Below are positions 40,130-53,759 of a stretch of 64,000 bases of DNA, in pieces (the first letter of the stretch is position 1; each line of letters begins with the position of its first letter). The notes under the pieces are model-generated. The model searched no databases. It was not told where the DNA came from and was given only the letters and a program-made list of their open reading frames with translations. Origin of the DNA: Haliotis rufescens (Eukaryota); assembly GCF_023055435.1 (NCBI RefSeq), contig NW_025963779.1, positions 43,462,001 to 43,526,000 of the forward strand, read 5' to 3'. A program made the position numbers and the translations under genes.

Positions 40130-42950
40130 ATATTTATTTCATAATAGAATGGATTGGCAAATAAGCCAATGGCTTATCTTAATGCCGCTCCAATACAAAA
40201 ACCTGAAATTATATTAAATGACATACAAAATAGAGACCATTAATTTTACATTACAATATTTGCTAACATCAGATACTAATTCAGTTAAGCAATAAGATAG
40301 CCATTAGATAATAAGTAAATACTGGAAATATAAGACCGTATTGATTAATTCTGAGATACGTACAGATTGAATTATTTCTATGATTTCCTGTCCAGACCTT
40401 TCATATTATGATATAAATCGGTTTTATGTGTATAATAATATACACTGTTTCTGATAATGGCGTAATATGGACACACAAATAAGTAATAAATGGTATTTTC
40501 ATAAGTAGCTCCACATGAGCAGGATTGGTCATTTGAAATGATTCTATCAGATTTATGAGACAGCCAAATCTGAAAATCTGAATCGAGAATGTATTACTAA
40601 TCTATTTAAAAAATATATATATACATCACAGTTACATCATAGGCATTATGACGCCACAAATACTACTGTTGTGCGTCGCCTAGGACTACAATCTAAGTTT
40701 AAGTTTTCATTACACCTGAAGAGCCGTTGAACGGGTAAAGATCTTGTGTGGATTGTGTGGACAAGCACGAATATCTGGACTGTTTTTTTGTATATTAAAT
40801 ACTTATACAACTGATGAAATCACTTGTTCATATATAAAACCCCTGTAACCCAAAATACAATAATGTTATCTTAGCAATCGTACAATTACTCCATATATAC
40901 TTATAATAACCAAAAGAGCTGTAAAGGTTTTGTTTATAATTTAGAGGGCTTTCATGAATAAACGATATTTAAAACTACCCAGACAATTAAAAATGGGTGT
41001 GTAAACCTTTCTACAATACTATCTGTCTGAACTTGCAACTTCCAACTTGAATCGTTTTGAAGAATTAAACTCAAGTGTTTATGTCTTTCAACTTAAGTTA
41101 AAGGAATACAGTGCGTGAACAATTGAGGTTTTGTAACATCTATTACGTTTTTCACTGAACTGTATTGTTTCTGTATCTTTTTCTGGATTAAACTTACCTG
41201 CAACTGATCTGCCCACATTTAAATTGTTTCTAGATCATCATTTTAACGTGTTGCTGTAGTAATTGGGTAATCAACCGTTGCATATAATGATGTATCGTCC
41301 GCGAAAAGTAATGGTCTCAACACCGATCCTTGAGGGACGCCTGCCACCGCGGGCATAAATTCCGAATTATAAACTCGATTATGAAGATCACTATCAAACC
41401 AGTTCTTTAGATTACGACTAACTCTAAAATTATTTAAAAGTCACTACTTTAATATATGCCTTGCTTATATCGCAGAAAACTCTTCTGAAAAATAAAGTTA
41501 CCGTTATTATAGCTGAAATGGTTTGAATTTATAAAAAAAAATAAACAACAATATCGGTTTTGAAACATTTAGTGCAATCAACACGAATGTCACTGACCCA
41601 CTTTTACAAATATGGAAACGTCATAGAACAAACCAGATGACGTCACTATTGAAAGTGACGTCACCTATCCCTATCCCTATGAGGTCACCTTACAACGGGC
41701 GTAATAATGACCCGTCGCAAAGCAATATGAGGGCATTATCAAGTTACATTGGCCCGCTCATTTCTGATACCATGTGGGCGGTTTAATGATAATTCTATCC
41801 ATTTTAGCTATATATTTTTTTATAAACATTGTTTTCAACTTTCATCAAACAACATGTGAAGGTAACAGGCCTATATATAAGCTAGTATGCTCGCTTACAC
41901 TGCCCTTTTTTATATAGGAATAACTAATGCTTTATTCCAAGACATTCAAATGTGGGGTATTTTGAAGTGACTGATTGAAAATCTATGTAAGGGGATACTG
42001 TACGTCTTCAGCTGTTAATTTGAGGAAAGTATTGCCAATTCGATCTGAGACATTGGCTTTACTTACATCATCTGAGAGAAGTATTTCTTTGACATCAGAA
42101 CGAGTTAGTAATGTTGTGTAATGTTGTCAAGACTGTTTTCATGTATATTTGGAGGATGTAGTGGCTATCGATACATGATCATTATATACTTTATTTTGAG
42201 AAGTAATAGGTGGAAAAATACATATATTTCTTTTCTCTTCGTGTATATTGTTACTACATGCCACCATGTCTAACTATTACAATTGTCATTAATCTTGGAA
42301 TCTAGTTTTGAGTAATTAGGTTCTTTAGCGTTCTTTATAACGGATACAGCCATATTTGCTCATCGTCTAAACCCTTCCCAATGTGAAGTTGAGTTTCTTC
42401 GCCTTGCAGATTACGTTTACGAATTAATGTACCAATTTCATTATTCACCCTAGGTTTATCTTTCCTGTAATTATCTTGTTTGGTATAAACCTTTCACAAA
42501 TATCGATAAGTATATCTGTAAACTTGTTGACAGTGAATGGATACATACATCATATATGCCATACGCTGACTCGTTAAAAGTCATATTTGGTGCATATTGA
42601 CTATTATATGTCAGCATATAGTTTTCACGATCAAAGTAGCAGGACCGCGGAAAGCCCCAAGGGTGACTCGCCCTAATGTTCCATACCTAAAGAATATCTG
42701 GCAATATAACAAAGTGCTACACTTATGGTTACTAGTATTTTTATCATAAATATATATAGTAAAAGCTGCGACAGAAAAAACACGATACTGGAATATATTA
42801 TTCCTGGTAAGATAATAGTTTCATATACAATTGTTTCCGATCATTGCATAAGTTATGTTATTGTGCATTTTGTAACTGAATCACCGGTACATCTGTGACA
42901 AATTGTGTGCACATCTTATTGCTATTTCCGGCTAAGTTTACAAGAATATA
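40130..42950 (-). mobile_element. Old degenerate CR1-like LINE
   Basis: VFCDISKAY (~41470), AGVPQGSVL and LFADD (~41290-41345) on the minus strand; ends approximate. Confidence 0.7.
41507..41812. mobile_element. Probable MITE within the old CR1
   Basis: tatagctgaaatgg / ccattttagctata inverted ends. Confidence 0.5.
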
Positions 42951-43292
42951 TACACCGTGATCCTAATCTATGCATATAAATCAATGCCTAGCAGAACAGT
43001 AAATCATCAAGCTCAGTGATGTTTTATCGCAAATTTTACTTTTGCATTGATCAGGTTTGTTATTTCCTCTTCGTTGACGTATTTTTATTGTGCGCATAAG
43101 AATATTTTTTGTCCAAAATACTGCATTCCCAAATTATCTCAAACTTGGCTTTTCATGCAGCGGAATTAGCTCGTACCTACTCCTCACAGCATATATGTTT
43201 TTGGAAACAACCCAACACTTCGAGGAGTGAGGTGCAGCTATAAATAGAAATGGCCTCGGCTGCACTGGTCTGTTACTGTGCCAAAGCGTAAA

Positions 43293-43810
43293 CCATTTTC
43301 CCTAGGGAAGGGAGCTTACCGACTATAACAGTCCAGTTTCCACCCTTGCCGAACGAGACTAGAATTATGGAGTTATAATTTAGCTTGACTAACGAGTCTA
43401 TACAAAGTCCAATCAAAATTGTTTCGTAAAATGTCGTGTCAGATTTCGGTCGACTGCAGGATTTGCAAAACATGTTTACCGCCTACTTAGCGCCAACAGA
43501 TATTTTCCAAATCTTTTCATGTTTTTAATCAAGTTGCTTGCGTGATTTGATGCACTAAGACTAAGACCCGGTTTTATTACAATATAGATCATGATTATCG
43601 ATCAGATCGTCTTCACTGGGCGCCGCCATTTCGTTTGAAGCCAATACATGTGATATGAGAGGTGGAATCTGATTGGTCAATAGAAGGGATCTAGAAGGGA
43701 CATAACTCGTAAGAGCCACTGGTGGCGCAACGACTGAGCCCAGAAATTCCAGCATAGTTCGGCAAGGGTGGAAACTTGTTCAGTTAACTTCCTTGCCTCG
43801 GGAAGATGGG
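43293..43810. mobile_element. MITE with ~55-bp imperfect TIRs
   Basis: agtttccacccttgccgaac / gttcggcaagggtggaaact exact inverted core. Confidence 0.75.
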
Positions 43811-44386
43811 CGTGTGCATGGTTTGTGTGTGTCTTGGAGAGTTATTTTTGTTCGGAGAGGGATGATCATAATTAACATTAACATTGAAAAAATGAGGTAT
43901 AGTCCTGTCCCCCACCAGGATAGAACTTGCCCTTTTTGGTTTTAACTCTGTAGAGACTGAGGTCCACTTTTCAAATTAATTCTAACATGCATGATGATTT
44001 ATATTATGATGTAATGAACACTATGTGTGAATGTATGCTATGTTTTCTTAAACTCATCATCAATCGAGAAATTTATAACATTGCTCAGATGTGAACACGG
44101 GTGTTATACTCTTTGTAAATTAATTGATCAAATGTTCCAAAGGCGCTTGACACTCATTTATTTCCGAGTGTGTGCGTATGCTTGTGTCTATGTGTATGTG
44201 TGTTCAACGACTCTCATAACTTAATTTAACTTTAAGCACTGTATTGGTATATGTCTTAATATATCTTATCCTGACCATGACGTTATACATATGATTTTAT
44301 ATCTAGTGTCTCGTAGGCCACATCGGGTCGGATGTTATATTTTATTATTTGGATACGTGTTTTAGTATGAAGTCTACACAACATGT

Positions 44387-44550
44387 GGGGCGGTCGGGTA
44401 GCCTATTGGTAAAAATGTTTGCTCGTCATGCAAAAGACCCGGGTTCGACAACCGACATGGACACAATGTGTGAAGCTCATTTCTGGTGTCCCCTGCTTGG
44501 ACATTGCCGGAATATGGCTAAAAGCGGCATAAAACCAAACTCACTTACTA
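44387..44550 (+). mobile_element. SINE family A
   Basis: GGGGCGGTCGGGTAGCCTATTGG head, GGTTCGAC, shared tail. Confidence 0.85.
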
Positions 44551-44572
44551 TATAACATATAATAAACATTAT

Positions 44573-44606
<34 letters not shown>

Positions 44607-45087
44607 TGGACGTGCTTCATCCTTCACATGAAATGTTGCCAGTAAACTATCTCTGGATATTAGGATAATTTATTATTTATTTTTTTGTGAACAGTACGTT
44701 GTACGTGACGTCACAGTCGGTGAGCAAGCATATCGCCTAGCGCACAACACCAATCTTTCCCCCCTTACCTTCAAGGGAAAAAGCGTACTGTGCACAATCA
44801 ATTTCTCCAGACTTGCCCCAATCAACAACATTCCAAGAAGAGAAAACAACTCCCACGTTTTGTTTCTTCTTCATTTCCACTTCTTCGTCTGATGATGACG
44901 TCGCAGCTGCAACAGGCTGCTGGTACAGCCAGGTATATAAATAGCTCATTTACGCTCAAGTCTCCTAGGCTTTGATAATTTGCCTGATAAAATAAAATGT
45001 ATGTAACTCTTTTTATATGCATCTGGTGCTGCATCTGAAGGAGCAATATATGAAACAATGTTAGTCAGGATAAATGAGAAAAATCAT

Positions 45088-45400
45088 AGGCGGATCGGAT
45101 CCAGGGGTGTGTGGTCCAGGGGGTCCGCCCCCTTTGAAAAGCAAATGTAGGATGTTGTCAGTTTCACCCCCTCCCTCTCCCCCAACAAAAAACAAAACAA
45201 AAAATAAATCAAAACAAAAACGAAAACACAAAACAAATCAAAACGAAACACACATACACACACATTGAGCGAGGAATTGATATTTTGCACGCCTCCCTTT
45301 ACAACCAAAAGTAGCATGTTGTAGAGAAACCTCCCCCACCCCACAACTGAGGGAGGAGTTTGGTATTTTGGACCCCTCCCTTTTACAATGCTGGATCCGA
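45088..45400. mobile_element. Probable MITE (GGATCCAG...CTGGATCC ends, G/C-run subrepeats)
   Basis: cggatccag / ctggatccg inverted termini. Confidence 0.55.
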
Positions 45401-45703
45401 AAGGTTCCAGTTATGTGGTAGATGTATAAACATGTCTGAATAGATTGACCCTCAATTTCACAAACGTTTGTGATTTTTCCTCACTGAATTAGTGGTGATT
45501 GTGTCTCAGGTTGAAGATTAAAATTCTTTTAGTGTTTTTTCGACATGACTGATACGAGATTAGGCATCATGTAGTTTGTTGCACGGATATATTGATAATA
45601 ATCATAAGTTTTAGTTTCTAATAATATATCTGTATTATCATTGAGCAAATGTGTTTGTGATAGTTTTGCTAATTGTTATATTCATGTTATGACACGGCTA
45701 ACA

Positions 45704-46090
45704 TTTGTTTATTGATTGTTTAACGCCGCACTCAGCAATATTCCAGGTATATGACGGCGGTCTGTAAATAATCGAGTCTGGACCAGACAATTCAGTGATT
45801 GACATCATGAGCATCGAACCACGCAATTGAAATACGATGACATGCATCATCCAACTGACCATCCGATCCCGTTAGTCGCCTCTTACGACAAGCAAAGTCG
45901 CCTTTAACGGCAAGCATGGGTTGCTAAAGACCTATTCTACCCGGATCTTCACGGGTCGACGGCGTACGATGGCATGCATCAACCAAGTCAGCGAGCCTGA
46001 CCACCCGATCCCGTTAGTCGCCTCTTACGACAAGCTTAGTCGCCTGTTACGGCAAGCATGGGTTGCTGAAGACCTATTCTAACTCGGATA
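45704..46090 (-). mobile_element. SINE family C, full copy (45704-45955) plus adjacent 5' partial copy
   Basis: Two copies of CTTGTCGTAAGAGGCGACTAACGGGATCGG; tail GGAATATTGCTGAGTGCGGCGTTAAAC. Confidence 0.85.
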
Positions 46091-46274
46091 TTTGCTACCT
46101 TAATATGAACTATTATATGCTGGTTCCAACATTTTCCAGGCGATATGTTAATGCAAACAATAATACAATTTGATTCTTCAAGTAGGGACTGTTTATGAAT
46201 TCATTCTGTGTATACTGCTCATAGGATTTATCATTTTTTCATGTAAAATAAATCCAGCTTTGTTTAAATAATAG

Positions 46275-47502
46275 ACGATGCTGGGCTCAGTGGGCAAGCA
46301 GAGCAGTAGCGAGTACGACGTGTCGCAAGTAATGCGGGATCTGTATGACAGCATCGAACGAGAGAATGACTTAAAAGAGCAGCTTAGATTCACAGAAGAA
46401 GAGACAAAAATGATGAGGAAGAAACTAGCGGAGATGGAAGAAGAGAATGAGGGGCTGAACATGCAGATCAGGAAGATGTCCCGCAGCAACAAGAGACGCG
46501 AGCTAAAAGAGAAGGAGAGGTTTATTAAGGAGAGTGAGGACAATGACTCAGACACTGACAGCAGCGGCGACATTGACCTCAAAATACAATGTGAACTATT
46601 GGAACAGGAGATTTCTGTTTCCAGGAAAAAGATTTCCGATGTGGAACAGGACAACGAGAATATCCGTGAGGAGGTGAAGTTCTTGCAAGAAAGACTTGAG
46701 GAAAAGACTCAGTTACTTAATATCAAACCAGAACCCTCCTCCCCAAACGCATATTATGAAGATAAGATAAAACAAATGACCATAGAAACCGATGATCTCA
46801 AATGGAAGATTATCGAAAAGGAACGTGAAATTGAGCGCCTGTGTGCCCAAATGAACTTTATTCAACATTCACATCGCCAGCAGCAGGGCAAACTAAAGAA
46901 GAGTAAAAGCCTTGATAGTGACTACCAGGAAGTTGTCGATCTCAGGAGACAGCTTGAACACTTGGCCCAAGAGGCCGGGGCCACTGAAGAACGATTAGTT
47001 CAAGTAGTGATACAAAACGAAAGGGTTTCTTCCGAAAACGAACGTTTGAAATTGCAACTTAGCAGACAGATTCCGTCTATCCAAGCAGATGATGCTGCAG
47101 TTGAAAATATTGAACTCAAAGACAAAGTTAAAAAGCTAGAAGACGACAATCATTCTTTTCAAGATAGAATCAAAACCTTGACCGAGAGTTTACAAACACT
47201 CACCAAAGAGCCTCGCTCGCTCTCGGCAGAACTGCCACACATTCCTCAAAGCGGGACCTCCCCGTTGCCACGTGACCCGACGAAGCATTTGGAGAGCATA
47301 CAAGAAGAAAACAGCGAGCTCCGGCGGAAAATGGCGGAACTTGAGTCGACCAGTTCGCGGCGGATTTCGGAAGAAACCATTCAGAAAACAGACGATCAGA
47401 AGGCGGTAGCAGACGACAACAGCACAGCTATGGACAAAGACCCAGAGGATATGTCACGGCTTCAGCTCGTAGAAAAGGTCCTAGATCTCGAGGATGAAAT
47501 AT
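46275..47502 (+). CDS. SOGA: Large coding exon of SOGA/MTCL-family coiled-coil protein
   Basis: 410-aa ORF; motifs RDLYDSIERENDLKEQLRFTEEETKMMRKKLAEMEEEN and DLKIQCELLEQEISVSRKKISDVEQDN resemble SOGA/MTCL repeats (recalled, not searched); ag|ACGATG acceptor, T|gtaagt phase-1 donor. Confidence 0.85.
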
Positions 47503-48074
47503 GTAAGTAGAATTAAGTTAAGTTAAGTTGTATCTGTGTCTTGGAAACCTGATCCTCGATATCGTGTGGCTGGCAGGCACGTGCGTTGTTGCCTGCTACT
47601 GATGTGCAGTGGGGAGAGAGGGAGGCGCATACCACTCGCCAAATGTATGAGTCTGTATGTGGGCGAACAACTTCTCCCTGCAAAGAAACATAGCAGCAAT
47701 TGTATAACGTTATGACATTACTCAAATATTATCCACTTTATAATTGCAAATTTGACGGAATCTGTAGTGATACAAACTTGGCAGGTATGTTGCAAGTACG
47801 TTTGTAATGTATGCCTGTTCTACAAATAATAGATATCAATACATAAACTTATATTGATGAGTCGACCGTTAAGAGGGGGGGGGGGGGGGGGGGGTTGGGG
47901 GCTAGTTGGTGGGAATTTGTTATTCAGTAGTTTGAGTTGATTATGACCAATTAAAATGCGTCCATGCCCGGAAATATTTTAATATGAAGGCATTATAAAA
48001 TGCAAGGCTATACAAAGTTCTGCTTCATAAACCACATTTGCTGCTATGTACACTCTATCTACATACATGTCTGT

Positions 48075-51050
48075 CACCTTCCATCACAGTGATGACTCTC
48101 TAGATCTACCACCTTCAATCACTGTAATGGCCGCCTAAATCTACAACCTTCCACCACTGTAATGGCCGCTAGACCTACCACCTTTAATCACTGTAATAAC
48201 CGCCTAGATCTACCACCTTCCATCACAGTAATAACCGCCTAGATCTACCACCTTCCATCACAGTAATGACCGCCTAGACGTACCACCTTCCATCACACTA
48301 ATAACCGCTTAGACCTACCACCTTTAATCACTGCAATGACCGCCTACACCTACCACCTTCCATCACTGTAATGACCGCCTAGATCTACCACCTTTAATCA
48401 CTGTAATGGCCGCCTAGATCGCCACCTTTAATCAATGTAATGGCCGCCTAGATCTACCACCTTCCATCACAGTAATGGCTGTCTAGATCTACCACCTTCC
48501 ATCACTTTAATGGCCGCTAGACTTACCACCTTCCATCACAGTAATGACTCTCTAGACCTACCACCTTCCAACACAGTAGGGACTCTCTAGACCTACCACC
48601 TTCCATCACTGTAATGGCCGCCTAGACCTACCACCTTCAATCACTGTAATGGCCGCCGAGGCCTACCACCTTCCATCACAGTAATGACTCTAGACCATCC
48701 ACCTTCCATTACAGTAACGACTCTCTAGACCTACCACCTTCCATCACTGTAATGGCCGCTAGACCTACCAACTTCCATCATGGTAATGGCTGTCTAGATT
48801 AACCACCTTCCATCACAGTAATGGCTGTCTAGATCTACCACCTTCCATCACTGTAATGGATGTCTAGATCTACCATCTTCCATCACTGTAATGGATGTCT
48901 AGATCTACCATCTTCAATCACTGTAATGGCCTGTAGACCTGCCACCACTGTAATAGCCGCCTAGATCTTACCACCTCCCATCACAGTTATGACCGCCTAG
49001 ACCTACCACATTCAAAGACAGTAATGACTGTCTAGATCAACCACCTTCAATCACAGTAATGGATGTCTAGATCAACCACCTTCAATCACAGTAATGGCCG
49101 CTAGACCTAACACCTTCCGTCACAGTAATGACCTTCTATATCTAATCACCTTCCTTCACAGTAATGACTCTCTAGATCTACCACCTGCCATCACTGTAAT
49201 GTCCGCCTAGACCTATCACCTTCCATTACAGTAATGACTGCCTAGATCTACCACCTTCATTCACTGTAATGGCCGCTGGACCTACCACATGCCATGACTG
49301 TAATGACTGTCCAGATCTACCACCTTTCATCACTGTAATGGATGTCTAGATCTACCACCTTCAATCACTGTAATGGCCGATAGACCTACCACCTTCCATC
49401 ACTGTAATGGCCGCCTAGATCTACCACCTTCAATCACTGTAATGGCCGCCTAGCTCTACCACCTTCAATCACTGTAATGACCGCCTAGATCTACCACTTT
49501 TAATCACTGTAATTGCCGCTAGACCTACCACCTTCCATCACAGTAATGACTCTCTAGATCTACCAACTTCTATCACTGTAATAGCTGTCTAGACCTACCA
49601 CCTTCCATCACTGCAATGACCGCCTAGACCTACCACCTTCCATCACTATAAGTGCCGCTAGAACTACGACCTTCTATCACTGTAATGATCGCCTAGAACT
49701 ACCACCTTCTATCACTGTGATGACTGTCTAGATCTACAACCTTCCATCACTGTAATGACCGCATAGACCTACCACCTTCAATCACTGTAATGGCCGCTAG
49801 ACCTAACATCTTCAATCACAGTAATGACCATCTAGATCTAATCACCTTCCATCACAGTAATGACTGTCTAGATCTACCACCTTCCATCACTGAAATGGCT
49901 GTCGACATCTACCACCTTCAATCACTGTAATGGCCACTAGACCTACCACCTGCCACCACTGTTATAACCGCCTAGATCTAACCACCTCCCATCACACTAA
50001 TGACCGCCTAGACCTACCACCTTCAAAGACAGTAATAACTGTCAAGATCTACCACCTTTAATCACTGTAATGGCCGATAGACCTACTACCTTCCATCACT
50101 GTAATGACCGCCTAGATCTACCACCTTCAATCACTGTAATGGTCGCCTAGATCTAACACCTTTAATCACTGTAATGACCGCCTAGATCTACCACCTTCAA
50201 TCACTGTAATGGTCGCCTAGATCTACCACCTTTAATCACTGTAATGGCCGCAAGACCTACCACCTCTATCACATTAATGATTCTCTAGATCTACCACCCT
50301 CTATCACTGTAATGACCGCCTAGACCTACCACCTTATGTCACTGTAATTGCCGCTAGAACTACGACCTTCTATCACTGTAGTGACTGTCTATATCTACCA
50401 CCTTCCATCACTGTAATGACTGTCTATATCTACCACCTTCAATCACTGTAATGACCGCCTAGACCTACCACCTTCAATCACTGTAATGACCGCCTAGAAC
50501 TACCACCTTCTATCACTGTAATGACTGTCTATATCTACCACCTTCCATCACTGTAATGACTGTCTATATCTACAACCTTCAATCACTGTAATGACCGCCT
50601 AGACCTACCACCTCCTATCACTGTAATGACTGTCTATATCTACCGCCTTCGATCATTGTAATGACTGCCTAGAACTACCACCTTCTATCACTGTAATGAT
50701 TGTCTATATCTACCACCTTCCATCACTGTAATGACCGCCTAGACCTACCACCTTATATCACTGTAATGACTGTCTATATCTACCACCTTCCATCACTGTA
50801 ATGACTGTCTATATCTACCACCTTCCATCACTGTAAGGACCGCCTAGACCTACCACCTTCAATCACTGTAATGACCGCCTAGAACTACCACCTTCTATCA
50901 CTGTATTAACTGTCTATATCTACCACCTTCCATCACTGTAAGGACCACCTAGATCTACCACCTTCCATCACTGTAATGGTCGCTAGATCTACCACCTTCC
51001 ATCACGGTAATGACCGCTAGATCTACCACCTTCCATCACAGTTATGGTCG
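48075..51050. repeat. 34-35-bp intronic minisatellite (ctagatctaccaccttccatcactgtaatgaccgc), ~85 copies
   Basis: Direct periodicity. Confidence 0.97.
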
Positions 51051-52114
51051 CACGAAGATAAACTGTGAATGGCATTCTTGTGATCACTGGTGAACTCTTA
51101 CCAACCCTGCGAATTCTTCCACGCTATCTTGGAACGGTTCCAGTGTTGCAGACAAGCCTGTGCTAAATTAATTGACAAGAATTCCACGCCGGTGTGTTTC
51201 CTTCTTGGCACACTCGGCCTCGTCTTGTACACCCATCGAGGCACTGCACACCAAGCTAGCTCTTAACTCGCCCGTGAAATGACGAAGCACTTGTTTTCAT
51301 TCTCTGTAGCATGTTACTTTACCATTCTGAATGTCACCCTGGAGGATTGTTTTGTATTGGCATCATATCTGCTTTAAAATTTTAATACGGTCGGAGTATC
51401 GACATATGTTATATTCTGGAGGTGTGTCCATTCTATATAATCTTCAAGTTCATTTTCAACACACAGAAAGGCACCATAGGTGGTAAACACACTCTGATAC
51501 TCGGAAATAATATATAGTCCATATGTATCCGACACTGATATTAACTTTAAAAATGTGCCTGACAGAAGTGATACCTGACATAGGTAATATAAAATGTTGG
51601 CAAGGACAAAGCTGAAGCAAATCACCGATTGAACCAAGCAATGTATATGTTTCGTTACCTTCTCCAAGACAAAAAAAATTGCCGGGGATTTATTGTGTTT
51701 CTGATTTCACCTTGGTGGTAACATCTATACTTGGAAGCAGAATTAATCTTTGCAACGCTTTTATCGGTTCGGGAGAAAAGAATTCGGGAGTTTAAGAAAC
51801 ACGTGCAAGATGTTTCCAGTGATATCGCCTCTCCTCGGGGCCCAACAGAACCCCTGATCGTAACTATGTGTGGCAGAATTCCATTTACTCTCCCCACTCC
51901 CCTTTCCTCACAAACACCATACTTATCAAACCCCCACCCTTGCCAAACAGTAAAGCGGTCGAGTGGAAGACGCATAGGGTTAGAAGACGTTGATCAACAA
52001 GTAATTAGTGATTTTCTGTGACTCACCTCTGAAATTCATCTATAAGATATGGCCTGCATCATTACATACCATCATGTTGTATCAATGTTCCCCTGAAGGA
52101 TCTTATCTCCAGCC

Positions 52115-53250
52115 ATCTGTAACTGCCTCCGTTACCTTACAACTGTGATCTGTAACATACAGTGTTTGCCTTTGTTACCTGTATATACCTTTAGACTGTG
52201 ATCTGTAACATACAGTGTCTGCCTCCGTTACCTGTTGATGCCTTTACACTGTGATCTGCAACATACGGTGTCTGCCTCCGTTTCCTGTAGATATCTTAAA
52301 ACTGTGATCTGTAACATACAGTGTCTGCCTCCGTTACCTATAGATATCTTAAAACTGTGATCTGTAACATACGGTGTCTGCCTCCGTTACCTGTAGTTAC
52401 CTTCAAACTGTGATCTGTAACATACGGTGTCTGCCTCCGTTACCTGTAGTTACCTGTAAACTGTGATCTGTAACATACGGTGTCTTCCTCCGTTACCTGT
52501 AGTTACCTGTAAACTGTGATCTGTAACATACAGTGTCTGCTTCCGTTACCTGTAGATACCTTTAAACTGTGATGTGTAACATACAGTGTCTGCCTCCGTT
52601 ACCTTTACATTGTGATCTGTAACATACAGTGTCTGCATCCGTTGTCTGTAGTTACCTTTACACTGTGATCTGCAACGTAAGTGTCTGCCTCCGTTACCTT
52701 TACACTGTTATCTGTAACATACAGTTTCTGCCTCCGTTACCTTTACATTGTGATCTGTAACATACAGTGTCTGCCTCCGTTACCTGTAGTTACCTTTACA
52801 TTGTGATCTGTAATATACAGTGTCTGCCTCCGTTACCTGTAGTTACCTTTACACTGTGATCTGTAATATACATTGTCTGCCTCCGTGACCTGTAAATACC
52901 TTTACATTGTGATCTGTAATATACAGTGCCTGCCTCCGTTATCTGTAGACACTTTTACACTGTTATCTGTAACATACAGTTTCTGCCTCCGTGACCTGTA
53001 AATACCTTTACATTGTGATCGGTAACATACAGTGTCTGCCTCCGTTACCTGTAGTTACCTTTACATTGTGATCTGTAATATACAGTGTCTGCCTCCGTTA
53101 CCTGTAGTTACCTTTACACTGTGATCTGTAATATACATTGTGTGCCTCCGTGACCTGTAAATACCTTTACATTGTGATCTGTAATATACATTGTCTGCCT
53201 CCGTCACCTATAGTTACCTCTACAATATGATCTGTAACATAGGTATCTGC
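52115..53250. repeat. 53-bp minisatellite with a 42-bp variant, ~22 copies
   Basis: ctgtgatctgtaacatacagtgtctgcctccgttacc unit. Confidence 0.95.
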
Positions 53251-53314
53251 CTAATCAGAAGTGTTCTGTATATTTCAGTGGACCTAGAAATTGATATTGT
53301 TCGGTGTATTTCAG

Positions 53315-53685
53315 TGGACCTGAAATCAGTAATAAAGCACAAAGAGTTGGAGCGTGAGGATGTAGAGCGAGAGGTGACGTCACTTAAAGACCACATTGAT
53401 GAGACTAGCGACATTTGGAGGAAAAAGGAGGTGGAGCTTGAACAAGACCTGGCGATGTTGCACGACAAAAATAGCGTGTTAAGCAATCTGCTTGAGATCG
53501 TCACTGAGCGGGCCGATAAGGCGGAGCAGGAATTAGAAGCTATAATCAAGGAGGCATCTGCCCAGTCTGAACGAAGTGCCAGCCAGGTTAGCGCCCTCAG
53601 TAACGCCAGTGTCGGCAGTGACGACGTCTTCCTGTCTCCCCCGCCTCACTCAGACAAAGGCACCGTGATACACAGAGACTGGGAT
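53315..53685 (+). CDS. SOGA: SOGA/MTCL-like exon (LDLKSVIKHKELE...HRDWD); alternative acceptor at 53279
   Basis: tatttcag|TG completes the phase-1 codon (T+TG=Leu); GAT|gtgagt donor; coiled-coil content. Confidence 0.85.
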
Positions 53686-53759
53686 GTGAGTAGTCACCTT
53701 TCAAGTAAAGGTGTTAATTCGTATAATTATTATCACACGACTATTTAAGTTAGAGAAAT

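Noticed and set aside
46193-46654. Antisense Ser/Leu-rich ORF (also 53220-53549 and 62595-62822)
   Set aside because: Shadow ORFs of the coiled-coil exons.
51731-52021. 96-aa + strand ORF with CAA|gtaatt donor as an extra exon
   Set aside because: The donor is phase 0 but the next exon needs phase 1; no clear acceptor. An alternative 5' exon is not excluded.
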